From an uncultured Methanosarcinaceae archaeon (GTDB taxonomy: Archaea > Halobacteriota > Methanosarcinia > Methanosarcinales > Methanosarcinaceae): DNA of 64,000 bases. This document shows, in pieces, positions 1 to 11,267 of the stretch. A model generated the notes under the pieces. The model ran no database searches. It saw nothing but the letters and a program-made list of their open reading frames with translations, and had not been told where the DNA came from. Location: the NCBI GenBank assembly GCA_963727895.1, contig CAVSHT010000006.1, positions 1-64,000 on the forward strand. Reading direction: 5' to 3'. The position numbers were made by a program, and so were the translations under genes. Numbering within the stretch: position 1 is the first letter of the stretch; the number at the start of each line of letters is the position of its first letter.

Positions 1-650
1 TAAATTGAAGAGCAATTAGAAATTTCCTTAGAATTAAACAGAATCATTCGTTTTCGGAACCGAATTGTTGACAAGTTAAATATTTTAAATGAGGTTTTGT
101 ATCATGTACTGCTTCTTGAAGGTATATCTATGAAAGTTGAAGAAGTGTTTGATATAAATAATAGCGAACGAGTTTCTGAAGAAGATGCTTATATGCACCA
201 GGAAAGTACACCAGTTGCAACGGCACAAACATCAAATGGAGGCATAGCATATATGGCAAATTTTGGGTGGTTAAAAACTCTTCGCAGCGATGGCTTAATA
301 AAAAAGCCCTGTATCACCTGGACTAAAGATGGTGCAAAAGCAGGAACTCTTTTTTATAGAAACTATATCTTTTACGCAAGTGATTTGTGTGGCGTTCTGA
401 CCCCAAAAGAAGAATACCTAAATAAAATAAACTTAAAGTGGTTTTTATATACTCAAAGAGCAAATATTGAAAAGCAATTACGTCAAAAGGTACACAGTGT
501 ACGATATATAATAATTCAATGAGTAACGTAGAGTTTCAGTTGCCCGACATAGATTGTCAAAAATTAATTGTTGAAGAATCTGAAAAGCTGGAAAAAATGC
601 GAGTAAAATTAGAATCACTACTTAGTAAATGCAATAATGTTCTCAATTGA
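1..650 (+). pseudogene. hsdS: Type I restriction-modification specificity subunit, C-terminal part, frameshifted near 470
   Basis: Frame 1 gives IEEQLEI then a TRD-like ITWTKDG..AG.LFYR..LCGVL. A second frame continues AITSKGTQ...LPDIDCQKLIV to TGA at 648-650. Both P-x-x-EQ-x-x-I-type conserved repeats are present; TAA lies at 1-3. Confidence 0.75.
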
Positions 651-1218
651 GAACATATTAGTTATATTTGTACTGCTTCTTTTACTTTAACTCTATACTT
701 TTGTTCAACGCCGACAACATACTGAAATGTTAAAAATTGTATTGCTTTCGAATCACCATCTAACCGAATTTCACTTAATATATTTAAACTGAAATATTAA
801 CTTTTTTGCACTAACATTTCCAAAAAAACAGACGATTTGTTACAAGACGTTTAACTTTGTAAAAACTGATGAATACGTTACAGAACCCTAATTTCAAAAA
901 AAAGCTTTATTAATTCATTATCTTCTAAATAAACCTTAATACTAAAGATTAAAACTTCTTTAACTCATTAAACTCCTTATTCTCAATTCTTGAAATTATT
1001 AATTTTAGAAATTACACGGTTGAAATACGAAATCGATAATATCAAATATCCGGCTTTCTAATGCTAAATCATTCACAACGCTTAATATTTTTGTTTAATT
1101 TGAAACAAGTAGCTCAATAACTACTTATTATTCGTTTCTTTTCAGTCTCCTGGAGCTGACACAGTATGTTTGCAAGCTACCTGTAAAATCATTAATTTGA
1201 ACAAAAAGTTGAAGCTGC

Positions 1219-2622
1219 TTATTTTTCAGCAGCTCCTATTGTTACGGTATAATCAAAGCTTTCAGTATTTTTTGGATAAATTGAAAGCTTCCATTTTCCC
1301 CCGGCTCCTGGCGCAGTATAAATCTTAACCAGGGTTGTAGTTCCTCCTTGATAATTTCCTTGATCTTTATTTTCCATATTATTAGTTCCCATATTGCCTG
1401 CAAATCTTGAGGACAAATATGGAAGAGAATACGATAGCTGTGAGGACGTATCATCCACTATGGTTATCGAGCCGGTATATTTCGTGTTTACAAGGGAAGG
1501 GGTAACTTCTTTTCCTGAGGGGTCTGTCAGGTTCACATCAAAGGAAGGCGTAAGGTTTCGGTTTTCTCCATTGCTATAAAGGCCGTACCCATACTGGTTG
1601 GCTCTAATCTCCAGAGTGACGAGATCATCTGTTCCAGCTTCAAAAGTATTTTCATAAGGCTTTTCAGGGACCGGAAGGATACGGAAGCTCAACGAAACCA
1701 TTCCTTCGTATTCACGAATTCCTGGGTCATCAATATTCAAGTCAAGGCTTCCACTATAACTGCCTTTTGCAGTAGACGGAACTGCAACCTTAATTTTTAC
1801 TATAGCTGTTTTTCTGGCTTGTATTTTGTCAGGAGCTTCTACGATTACTGCTTCGTCTCCAAAAGCCTGCTGCGACGTTCCTGTAGAGGAAGCCGTGCTA
1901 TCAGTGTAGATAATGCCTCCTTCAGTAAGTTCAGGAGAAATTGAAATATCTTTATTGCCTGTATTCCTGAGCTTTATTTCATAAGTATAATTATTTCCAG
2001 CTTCAACAAGGTCATTTACATAAGGTGTCAGAATTTGAACTGAAGGCTTTACTGATACCTATATGTTCAACTGCATCGTTCTCGGAAAATTAGGATAAGA
2101 GCCGGCTACATCTCCTTCAGGTACTTTTTCCGCGAAAGCAAGAAGTACAGCATAGTTTCCAAGGTCTGCATCCTTTGGTATGTCCACATTTACTTGAAAT
2201 TCCTGCTTTTCTCCAGGATTAAGAGACTTTTCAGAAGGATTTATGCTGATCCAGCTTTCGTTTATGAAATTTTCCGTGTAAGGGATGATTACAGGTTTCG
2301 GCTTCAATTCAATTGTCTTGTTATCTTTGTTTTCAACGGTGACAGTAAAATTTTTACTGTTTCCGGGCTCAATTTCCAGGTACTTATAAGCTGGGTTAAC
2401 CCTTATTTTTTCAAATTCGGGAAAATAGTTCCCGGCAGGAATAGAAGAAGATACAGTACTTGCTCCTACTTTTGGCTGTACTTCTCCGTTTACAGACATA
2501 GCAGAATTGCCATTCTCTACTCCTACACAGGCAATTGAAAGGACTGCTATGACAACAAATCTACATATAATTTCTTTTAACGCCTTAGTATCCAGTATAC
2601 GCATACTTTTCACCTCGCTCAA
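1219..2622 (-). CDS. Secreted COG1470/Ig-like repeat protein (467 codons) with a single in-frame TAG at 2059-2061
   Basis: ORFs 2059..2622 and 1219..1740 share one frame and the intervening DNA is open (LNI*VSVKPSVQILTPYVNDLVEAG...). N-terminal hydrophobic signal. Confidence 0.75.
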
Positions 2623-3357
2623 TATTTACTAAGGCTTGAAATTTATATAATTATTACCTAAATTACGACTTTTTTAGGGTTATATCCATAAATAAGGTAT
2701 TAAACCAATTTTTTTCACATTTTCCTCTTTATTCTACTTTTAATCTCTAGAAAAAGTCTAAATAACCAATTTTTATATCCTAAAATTACGATTTTTATCT
2801 TTAATTTCAGATTCTATCTAAATTAGTGTATAAATACGCAGAAAGCAACTCCAATAAAGCCTTAAAATTAAACTCCAAATCAGTAATTAGATTGATGCAG
2901 ATAATTAAATTGATATAATGTAACAATGAGTTGATACTAAGTTACCTTTAATACGAATTGTTCCAGTATACGTGAAATTTTTTTATAAAGGAAGGCATTT
3001 ATTTTCATAAGGAGTGCATTTTCTTGTTTAAAGAGAACGTATTCGATAGACTTTTAGATGCAGGCCTCAAGATCAGGATGAAATCCAGAAAAGCTTCCTC
3101 TTGTGAATCTATTTTTGGTTTCAGTCCTATAATTGATGCAGACTTCGTTGAGGTTGAAGAAGATTTTTTCTGCGATCCTGATTCTTCTCCTAAACTGAAT
3201 TCTGGATCTATTGACTCTGAAATTCTTGAAAAACTTCGAAAATACCTTAGAACAAGATCTGAGGAGGAAATTTCTGAGATCTTTGAAGAGGTCCATAAAA
3301 TTCTTGAGAGCAGAGGCTCTGAATATAATTTTCGGAAAGCTTCTGGAGACAAAATCC

Positions 3358-4213
3358 GGTTCCGTTGCAAAAAATTTCAGAATCAGCACGTAAATCTACA
3401 GACAATGAACAAAAGTTAAAATATTCAAAAAGATGTGTCAATATTATAGAACTATTCCAAATAATTGATTAATATATTTAGCTTCATTAGGACTAGAGTA
3501 ATTTAGATTCTTGACTTGTCCTTCTTTAATCATATTCATAGCTTCAATTCCTTTTAAAGTTTTAATGGCTGTATGAAAAGACTGAAATCCTAACATTGGA
3601 TTAACTATTCGTTTAATGGATCTATGATCTTGTTCTATAATGTTATTCAAATACTTGATTTGTCGAATGCCTACGTTTATAGGTAGTATTTTATCATTTT
3701 TCAGTTTATCTATAGCAGGTGGATAAGCTGGATTTTTATCAACTGTGATTACTCTTGGAATTTGATTATGATTAGAATTCAAAGCTTTCTTAAAAAAACG
3801 TTTTGCTGCTTTTTGGTCTCGTTTTGCACTTAACATGAAATCAATTGTATCTCCATTTGAGTCAACTGCTCGATAAAAATATTTCCATTCACCTCTCACT
3901 TTTATATAGGTTTCATCAACTCTCCAAGAGTTATTAGTTGGTCTTAAATATCTACGTACCTTCTTTTCGATTTAAGGAGAGTATTGATGTACCCATCTCA
4001 TAATGGTTGTATGGTTGACTATTACCCCCCTTTCTGCCATCATTTCCTTTAAATTTCGATAACTTAATGGATATTTTAAGTACCATCTAACATTCAATAA
4101 AATAATTTCACCCACAAAATGCTTCCATTTAAAGGGATTAGATAGCATGTAATTATCCTTTACTTCCCTTTTATTTGATTATATCCTTAACAGATATTTT
4201 TTGCAACGGAACC
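3358..4213 (-). mobile_element. IS6-family insertion sequence (856 bp)
   Basis: 18-bp perfect TIRs GGTTCCGTTGCAAAAAAT. 8-bp TSD CAAAATCC at 3350-3357 and 4214-4221. Confidence 0.95.
3444..4148 (-). pseudogene. IS6 DDE transposase with internal TAA at 3972-3974
   Basis: MLSNPFKWKHF..RWYLKYPLSYRNL..WRVDETYIKV.GEWKYFYRAVD..TVDKNPAY..NNIIEQDHR motifs in one frame, with one stop. Confidence 0.92.
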
Positions 4214-4666
4214 CAAAATCCCAATTAATCAAAGAGCAAGATTAAAAAATATCTCAAAGGATGCTTTCAAAATCTTTTTGGAAACGGCTTCCTATGGAAA
4301 AGATTACATCATAAGCGCTTCAAAAATAGCTTTCTCCAAAGCATCTTCAATAGCATATGAAGGAAAAGAATCAATAGTAGATTCCTCAAAAAAGTTTAAT
4401 GAAAAATGGAATAACTTAAGTCCAAGAGACCGCAAAATCATCTCTGAATTGATAATTGCAATGATTGAATTCGGGCTGCTTAAAGGAGCAAGCCGGAATA
4501 AACAGGCTGCTTTTGCTGTCGTTTCAAGTATTTCCAGAAACCAGATACCAGCTCGGGAAGACCTGGAAGATTTTGGAGAAGGTTTTAATAAAATTTTCAA
4601 ACGTGGGCGTTAAAGTAAGCGGGTTTATAACAGTCTAATTATATTCAATTAAACGTACAATGGAAT

Positions 4667-6469
4667 TTAAAACCTGTAAGGTTTGCTTATAGCTTTCACA
4701 AAACTTGCAGGGCTTTCAGCAACTTCCCAGTTTTCGGCATTCTTTATGAGATATGTGTAGTCAGAAACCTGTTCCAGCCCGCCTGCATCATAATTCCCTA
4801 TTATTAGAGAAAAAATCCTGGCTCTTCTATCAGCTTTTATTTCATTCCATTCCCTAATAAGGGGTCTTTCTGATAATTCTGAATAGCCATCGGTAAGGAA
4901 AAGGAGATCGGTTCCCTCGAAAACTTTCTCGTTTTTCATAGCTTTGAGACCTGCACGAAGTGCGGTATTGAAATCGGTGCCGCCGCCGAAAGTAAACTTC
5001 AGGAACTCCAAAAACTCTTCTCCCATGCGTTTTTTATTTGTAAGTTCAATTTCGACGGTCTGCCATTTTGAAGAGAAGAGAATCACTTTAACATCTCTGT
5101 TTTCCTTCAACATTCTTCTTGTAATTGCCAGAAGTACAGCTTTTGCAAGAAGCTCTGGGCTTCCTCGCATCGAAGCTGATGTATCTACCAGGGCGACTAC
5201 AGGCCCTTTTCTCTTTTTTCCGGCAGTATCTGAATTCCAGTTCTCTCCTTTTAACTGGTAAGTCAGGAGTTTTCCTTCCAGCATGTCAGCATAGAATTTG
5301 CGCTTCAGAAGAGGATTTTTTAGCTTAACGACTTCTGCTGGAAGTAAGGTCTGAAGATCACCTGAAAAAGTAATCGAATGAACTTCACTTTTACTGTACG
5401 GCGATAAATTCAGTTTTTTTGATCCATATTCAAGTTCGATTCTTCCTACCTGCTCAAGAATCTCGTTAAGTTCCGAACTATTTTTGAGAAATATAGCATA
5501 TTTTTCCAGGTTTTCGAAGTACTCTCTGTGGAGAGCCTTCAAGGAGTAATCCCAGGATCTGCCCGGATAGAGCATTGAAATAATTTCGAGTATTTCAAGG
5601 TGATCTTCAAGCAGAGGAATAAGTTCTTCTATTTTTGCAACTACGCTTTCTTCTATAACAGAATCCAGTACTTCTCCTGCTGTTTCTGAAGCCATAAATT
5701 CTAGAGTAATTGAAGCAAGTCTTTCGGATCTTACAGTTTTTCCAGCCTGTTGATCCGGATTTTTCTCATCTTTGTATTCAGAGTCTTGAAGTGAACTTTC
5801 TTGTTTGAGAGAATTTTCCTTTTTGGGAGAACTTTCCTGTTTGAAGATATTTTCCTGTTCGCGTTCTTCAATTACCTCTCTATTCGTTACATCTGGATTT
5901 TCATGAAGCTGGAAATTTCTCTCTATATCTTTTACTTTGTTTCTTTCCCACACTGATTGAGTTTCATCGATCAGATTTCTCAGGACTTTAAGGCTTTTGT
6001 TAAGGTTTTTTGCGGACTTTTTCGAAAATTCAGATTCCATCTTTCCATAGTCGTCTAGAAGCGTGAAAAGTTCTTCAAGTAGGGTTTTAATAATGAAAAT
6101 ACCTGCCAGGTTGTTGGTTTCTGCAAGAGTTTTTATTCCATTCCAGACCTCAAAGTCTTTCAATCCGAGAAGAATTGGATAAAAAGCTCCAAACTTACTC
6201 CTAAACAGTTTTTCATCTTTTATTTCATAGCCGTTTTCTGAAAACAGTTCGTAAATAAAAATTTCTGCAATTTCTTCCCGAATTTGCCTTGGAATTTTTC
6301 GTGGAATTGCCAGCACTTCTCTAAGTTCAACGTTTAACATTGTGGAAGGATTAAAGGCATAGCTGAACGAGAACGATGAATTTGATCTGGAAATACCTTC
6401 AAAATCTTCTTTTCGCTTTTTTAACTCCTGCATGTCTTTCCTTTCTATAAGTTCTCTCTTGTTTCTCAT
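4667..6469 (-). CDS. VWA-domain protein (ViaA-like)
   Basis: C-terminal MIDAS motifs DTSASM, GGGTDF, LTDG; directly downstream of a MoxR AAA ATPase. Confidence 0.88.
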   Translation of the reverse strand: MRNKRELIERKDMQELKKRKEDFEGISRSNSSFSFSYAFNPSTMLNVELREVLAIPRKIPRQIREEIAEIFIYELFSENGYEIKDEKLFRSKFGAFYPILLGLKDFEVWNGIKTLAETNNLAGIFIIKTLLEELFTLLDDYGKMESEFSKKSAKNLNKSLKVLRNLIDETQSVWERNKVKDIERNFQLHENPDVTNREVIEEREQENIFKQESSPKKENSLKQESSLQDSEYKDEKNPDQQAGKTVRSERLASITLEFMASETAGEVLDSVIEESVVAKIEELIPLLEDHLEILEIISMLYPGRSWDYSLKALHREYFENLEKYAIFLKNSSELNEILEQVGRIELEYGSKKLNLSPYSKSEVHSITFSGDLQTLLPAEVVKLKNPLLKRKFYADMLEGKLLTYQLKGENWNSDTAGKKRKGPVVALVDTSASMRGSPELLAKAVLLAITRRMLKENRDVKVILFSSKWQTVEIELTNKKRMGEEFLEFLKFTFGGGTDFNTALRAGLKAMKNEKVFEGTDLLFLTDGYSELSERPLIREWNEIKADRRARIFSLIIGNYDAGGLEQVSDYTYLIKNAENWEVAESPASFVKAISKPYRF

Positions 6470-6483
6470 AATAGTTTTTAGTT

Positions 6484-7998
6484 TCAGGCTGTCTCTTTTG
6501 CCTTTTCAATGGTCACATCAAATACCGTAGGTTTTTCTAGCAGGATTCTTATTTCGCTTAGATTACTGGCAATTTCGTAAACATCCGTATTTTTGGAACG
6601 GTATTTTAGCAGGATTTCCTGGCTGTCCTGTCCTGAAACCCAGATATTTTCCTTTAGAGTGTTTTCAAGTGCTTTTTCTTCTTCCTGGATTTGCTTTCTG
6701 AAATAGTTCAGTCTTTCTTCAAGATTTTCATACTCTTTTTCATAGAGCTTCTTATCTCCGTAATCAAGGCTTATCTTGAAATCAAATCCGTATTTCTTGT
6801 GGAATTGTTCTGCCAGAGATTCAAAATTCAGGGAATTATTGATATTGCTATAATCTAGTACGAAACTGTATGTATGATTTGGAAACTCATTATGATGTTT
6901 CAGCAGGTCAAGAGCATTATCAAATGTTAAGTTTCTCTGCGTTCTAACCCCTGAAAATCTTGAGCTTTTCATGCTGCTGGCTGTTTTTCTTTCTTCTTCG
7001 TAGCACTTATTACAGGATACAAGGTCCGGCAGTTCTCGCTGCAAGCAGCTGTAAATTGAGTTTTTCAGATCAAGAACATCCAGTTTCAATTTACCGGTAT
7101 CCGTGCCTCCTGATACAACTCTATCAAGAATAAGTTTCCTGATTGCTTCTTTCTGTTCAGGAACTTCCCAGAGCACATGTTGTAATAGGACAGCAGTCAT
7201 CCGGTTTACACTGGTATGCCCATTTACAACAGAGGCAACTCTGAGCATATTTAAAATTTTTTTCCAGCGCCTATCCGAGACAAAGATATTTGAGTTTTTG
7301 AGGTCTCTTCTGAGTGCCTTTATAATTGCCCTGACTTCAGGGTCAACCGGGAGGTCTCTTGCTTTCTTCTGGACTTCTTTTATATCTTCGATACTAAGTT
7401 TTGTTGAAGGCACGAGATCTTCAGTATTTTCAAAGATAAGATCTTCAAGGTTTTCTTCATGCTGGATATAGTCCACTCTGTACCTGAACAAAAAACGGTC
7501 GTAAAGAGCTTCGAGGCTTTCATCTTCTTCAGGCAATTTGTTGGAAGCTCCAAAAACAGAAAATAGAGGTACCTCAATAATCTCTTTGCCATTATGGTAT
7601 TTTCTCTCATTCAGTACTGTCAGCATGCTGTTTAAGATAGAGCTGTTCGCCTTGAAAATCTCATCAAGCAGAGCGATATGGGCAGTTGGAAGGTAACCTT
7701 CTATTCGTCTGCTGAACTCATCTCTTTCTAGTGCCTTAAGAGAAAGCGGTCCAAATACTTCTTCCGGAGTGGAAAAACGAGTCAATAGATAGTGGAAAAA
7801 GTTTCCTCCTTCTATAGTTTCACAGATTTTGCTTGCAAGTAGAGTTTTTGCAGTCCCTGGAGGGCCCAGTAAAAGGATATGTTCCCCGGAAAGGAGTGAA
7901 AGAAGAGATCCGTTGATTTCAGCATCCCTTTCTTTAAAGTAGTCTGAAAACTCCTGTTTGATGTTTATAATTGTATTTTTTAAATCCAGGACTTTCAT
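6484..7998 (-). CDS. MoxR-family AAA+ ATPase (RavA-like)
   Basis: Walker A GPPGTAKT, LLTRFSTPEEVFGP, Walker B LLDEIFKANSSILN, LYDRF, SDRRW. Confidence 0.92.
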   Translation of the reverse strand: MKVLDLKNTIINIKQEFSDYFKERDAEINGSLLSLLSGEHILLLGPPGTAKTLLASKICETIEGGNFFHYLLTRFSTPEEVFGPLSLKALERDEFSRRIEGYLPTAHIALLDEIFKANSSILNSMLTVLNERKYHNGKEIIEVPLFSVFGASNKLPEEDESLEALYDRFLFRYRVDYIQHEENLEDLIFENTEDLVPSTKLSIEDIKEVQKKARDLPVDPEVRAIIKALRRDLKNSNIFVSDRRWKKILNMLRVASVVNGHTSVNRMTAVLLQHVLWEVPEQKEAIRKLILDRVVSGGTDTGKLKLDVLDLKNSIYSCLQRELPDLVSCNKCYEEERKTASSMKSSRFSGVRTQRNLTFDNALDLLKHHNEFPNHTYSFVLDYSNINNSLNFESLAEQFHKKYGFDFKISLDYGDKKLYEKEYENLEERLNYFRKQIQEEEKALENTLKENIWVSGQDSQEILLKYRSKNTDVYEIASNLSEIRILLEKPTVFDVTIEKAKETA

Positions 7999-8442
7999 AA
8001 ATTTCAGAACCTTTATAAATTCTCTTTTTCAGCATTGAACTTTTAGTGTACGAGAAAATACTACAGTCATTAGTTGCAATGAGTTAGAATAATGTTAAAA
8101 ATAAACTCTCATTTTTTACGGGCCTTGCCTTAATTAATTTTTCTAAAAATTCCTGTTCCTACTACCAATTATGCCTGAGGACTATGTTTCTTCTCGATGA
8201 CATATCTTTCTTCCTTATACTGAAACCCAGGGTTTTAGTAAATTTCATTTGCTGGTCTGGTCCACTTTAATTTAAAAGAATGCTCATTCTTCTTTTTACC
8301 GTATTAGAAAGTACCATCCGAATAAGTTATGCATAAAGAGTAGATCATTAATGAAAATGATTTCCTTAAATTAATCAATATTCATATCAATTTGTATCCT
8401 GAAATATTTATCCAAAAACAATCACATTCCGGAAGGCCTTAT

Positions 8443-9186
8443 ATGAACGATTTTGAGCGTGAAAAATACAATCGACAGATGCTTCTTTTTGGGGAAAAGG
8501 GACAGGAAAAATTGAAGAATTCAAAAGTACTGGTTGCCGGAGCAGGTGGGCTTGGAAGTCCGGTTTCCACTTATCTTGCAATTGCCGGAATCGGAAAAAT
8601 TATTCTCGCAGACTTCGATTCTGTCGATGTCAGCAATCTAAACAGGCAATTTTTGCATCATGAAAAAGACATTGGAAGACTTAAGGTCGAATCCGCAAAG
8701 GAAAAATTGCTCTCTATGAATTCGGATATTGAGGTTGAAACCATATCAGAGATGCTTACTGAGTCAAATCTTGATTCTCTGATTCCTGAATGTGATGTTA
8801 TAATCGATGCTCTTGATAACCTCGAAACAAGACATATGCTCAACAGGCTTGCCGTAAAAAGAAGGGTCCCTTTAATCCATGGAGCAGTAACTGGTTATGA
8901 TGGTCAGGTAACAACAATAGTGCCTGGAAAAACCCCTTGTTTTTACTGTATTTTCCCACGTATTTCCAAAAAAGAAGTATTTCCAATTTTAGGGACTACT
9001 TCGGGTATTATAGGTTCTATTCAGGTAAACGAAGCAATTAAGTTCTTGACGGGGCAGGGAAGACTTCTTGAAGGCCGTCTTCTGTTTTGGAATGGGCTTT
9101 CAGGTAATTTCAGTGAAATCTCACTCTCAAAGCTAAACAATTGCCCTATTTGTGGATCGTTTTCCAATGAAAGCGAAAATAAATAA
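8443..9186 (+). CDS. ThiF/MoeB/E1-like adenylyltransferase
   Basis: YNRQM, GAGGLGS, SNLNRQ, DALDN, two CxxC motifs. Confidence 0.93.
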   Translation: MNDFEREKYNRQMLLFGEKGQEKLKNSKVLVAGAGGLGSPVSTYLAIAGIGKIILADFDSVDVSNLNRQFLHHEKDIGRLKVESAKEKLLSMNSDIEVETISEMLTESNLDSLIPECDVIIDALDNLETRHMLNRLAVKRRVPLIHGAVTGYDGQVTTIVPGKTPCFYCIFPRISKKEVFPILGTTSGIIGSIQVNEAIKFLTGQGRLLEGRLLFWNGLSGNFSEISLSKLNNCPICGSFSNESENK

Positions 9187-9306
9187 ATATTTTTCTTTTT
9201 TATTTCAGAAAATCTCTTTATTTCAATTTCCTGTTGTTTATTGGTCAATTTTTATATATTTTCAGTAATATTACTTTGTAGGGTATCTTATGAGAGGGGG
9301 GATTTG

Positions 9307-10263
9307 ATGAAAAAGAAGGTCAGACCAAGTGAAAAAAAAGTCAATGTTTGGGACTGGAATTCTAATTTATGGGCTTATGGTTGCCAGGATCTAAATACTT
9401 CAATGCCTGCTTCATTTTCTGCTCCTATCCTGAATGTGCCTTATTTTAACCTTCGTATCTATCGTGAATCCATGATTAAGTCATTGATCAAGGTACATAG
9501 TAAAGATATGTATCTGTTGCTTGGAAAATCTCATTTTGATGGAAAATATTACAGAGTAAAATGCGCAAGTTCAGGTGAATGGGAGTATTGCTGGGATCTG
9601 GCTGTCAGGGTTCAGTTTTTTGGAAAAATGCTGGGCATGACTCTTTATCCTAAACGTCTGGTTTCACATAACGAAAAAAGGATTGTCTATCGGTCTATGG
9701 TCCTGGTTAATCCTTACCAACTCTGGGACGAGGCTCTTGTAAATAAATTCTGGAATTTGCAGGAGAGGGTTGAATACCTGATAGCTAAGATTCTTTTTCA
9801 CGAATGCATACATGTTATGATCTCGCTTGGGAATATTCTTCCTTCAGAATTTGGAAGTACTGATGTTAACCTTGAATTTCGGAAAACGCTTGAAGTCTCG
9901 GTATCTAAGAAGCTTTCTGCTGAACTTAATAGTGTACAGTTCCGTCTATGGAGTCTTGTGCTGTTTGGAGCTGTAGGGTCCGAAAGTGAAATCAAACTTC
10001 GTAAAAGAGTGGAGGACATATACGAGTTCCTTATCAATGAAAAATACGCTAACCAGAAAACTGGAAAGGCTTTTCATTTTCCTTTAAACAATATAAAAAT
10101 TGCCCGAAAATATGCATGGTTGGCAGCTGTCAAAGCTGGAGGAAGCAGGCAGGTTAGCAAAAGAGTTTGGCAGGTAGAGGTTCACAGGCTCAGCATAGCA
10201 CTGAAAGAACTCTTTGATGGAATTGACAAGGAATTAGGTAATCTTGGATTTATATCGAATTAA
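9307..10263 (+). CDS. Hypothetical protein with HExxH motif
   Basis: Long ORF; purine-rich GAGGGGG upstream of ATG 9307; FHECIH motif. Confidence 0.65.
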   Translation: MKKKVRPSEKKVNVWDWNSNLWAYGCQDLNTSMPASFSAPILNVPYFNLRIYRESMIKSLIKVHSKDMYLLLGKSHFDGKYYRVKCASSGEWEYCWDLAVRVQFFGKMLGMTLYPKRLVSHNEKRIVYRSMVLVNPYQLWDEALVNKFWNLQERVEYLIAKILFHECIHVMISLGNILPSEFGSTDVNLEFRKTLEVSVSKKLSAELNSVQFRLWSLVLFGAVGSESEIKLRKRVEDIYEFLINEKYANQKTGKAFHFPLNNIKIARKYAWLAAVKAGGSRQVSKRVWQVEVHRLSIALKELFDGIDKELGNLGFISN

Positions 10264-10381
10264 GTAGTTTGTCTTGGATTTTCTTGATTTTTCGTTATTT
10301 CAAAATGCCTTCTTTGATCTTTTTTAGAGTTGTCTCCTGAGATAAAACTTTGTTTTATGAGCTCAACCTTTATTTTATTTT

Positions 10382-10672
10382 TCAAGGGGTTTTGTCATAA
10401 AGAAGTTTAATGTGTTTAATTCCTAGTTCTTTGGCCCAAGCTTTTTTTGATGGCATGGTATCTACACTTATTCCAAAAGCTACTGTATTCAGGCTGGTGA
10501 ATGTTTCGTAGTTTTTTCCAGTGATTTCATCTGTTCCGCACACATTCGTCCAGGCAGGCGGATGGAAGGATAGAAGTACTTTCTTGCCAGCGAAGTCGAT
10601 GTGTACTTCTGTTTCTTCTTTGTCTCTTAACCTGAAATCCTGAAGTTTATCTCCTATTTTAATTTCACTCAT
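10382..10672 (-). pseudogene. Truncated, frameshifted AhpC/TSA redoxin
   Basis: IKIGDK..DF.L.D, GKKVLLSFHP.AWT.VC, GISVD motifs; C-terminus missing. Confidence 0.75.
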
Positions 10673-11193
10673 TATAAATTTCTCATATTTCTATAAAATC
10701 TTCTATTTTAATAAATTGTCTTACCTTACTTATTAATTCTTTTGATATAACTATTCTCCAATCTAGATGTAATAAAAGTTTAAAGGCATAAGTTACAAAA
10801 ATCACAAAAAAATGATTTGCATTTTAATATATTTCCTGAAAAAATAAAGTTTAAGGAATAAGTTGTAAAATCAATATAAATATAAATTTAATTTTTAATT
10901 TTATTCATATTTAGCTTTTTAAATTTTTTCCCTTGATTAATTTCTTACATTTTTCAATTATATTTTCATTATTCGACGCAGACTTTTTATTATTCATTCG
11001 ATCGCGTTTCATTTGATCGTGTTCTCTACGAGATTTAGGTTTAGAAGTTGCTTTAGACATTGTTAAACACCATCTAAATAATAAGGTCTTTTTTTAGAGC
11101 TATGTCCGTGAATTAATAATCAACTATAAAAAATGAGTGTATTTTATCCACTTCATCCTATGAAAAAGTAGGCTTTAAAACAAATAATGAACA

Positions 11194-11267
11194 AGCTCCT
11201 TACTTTATTTTAACACGCAACCTGGTGATTACAGGTCACTTGCTCTAACGGGCTGAACCAACAAGAA
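11194..11267 (-). pseudogene. Degenerate full-length copy of tRNA-Thr(UGU)
   Basis: Gap-free 59/74 match to the tRNA at 13431-13504; acceptor and T stems disrupted. Confidence 0.85.

Larger units (their letters stand above)
3024..4613 (+). pseudogene. Hypothetical protein split by IS6 insertion
   Basis: Removing 3358-4221 (IS plus one TSD) fuses ORF 3024 in frame with ORF 4278..4613 (GDKI-PINQRARLKNISKDAFKIFLETASY). Confidence 0.85.
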
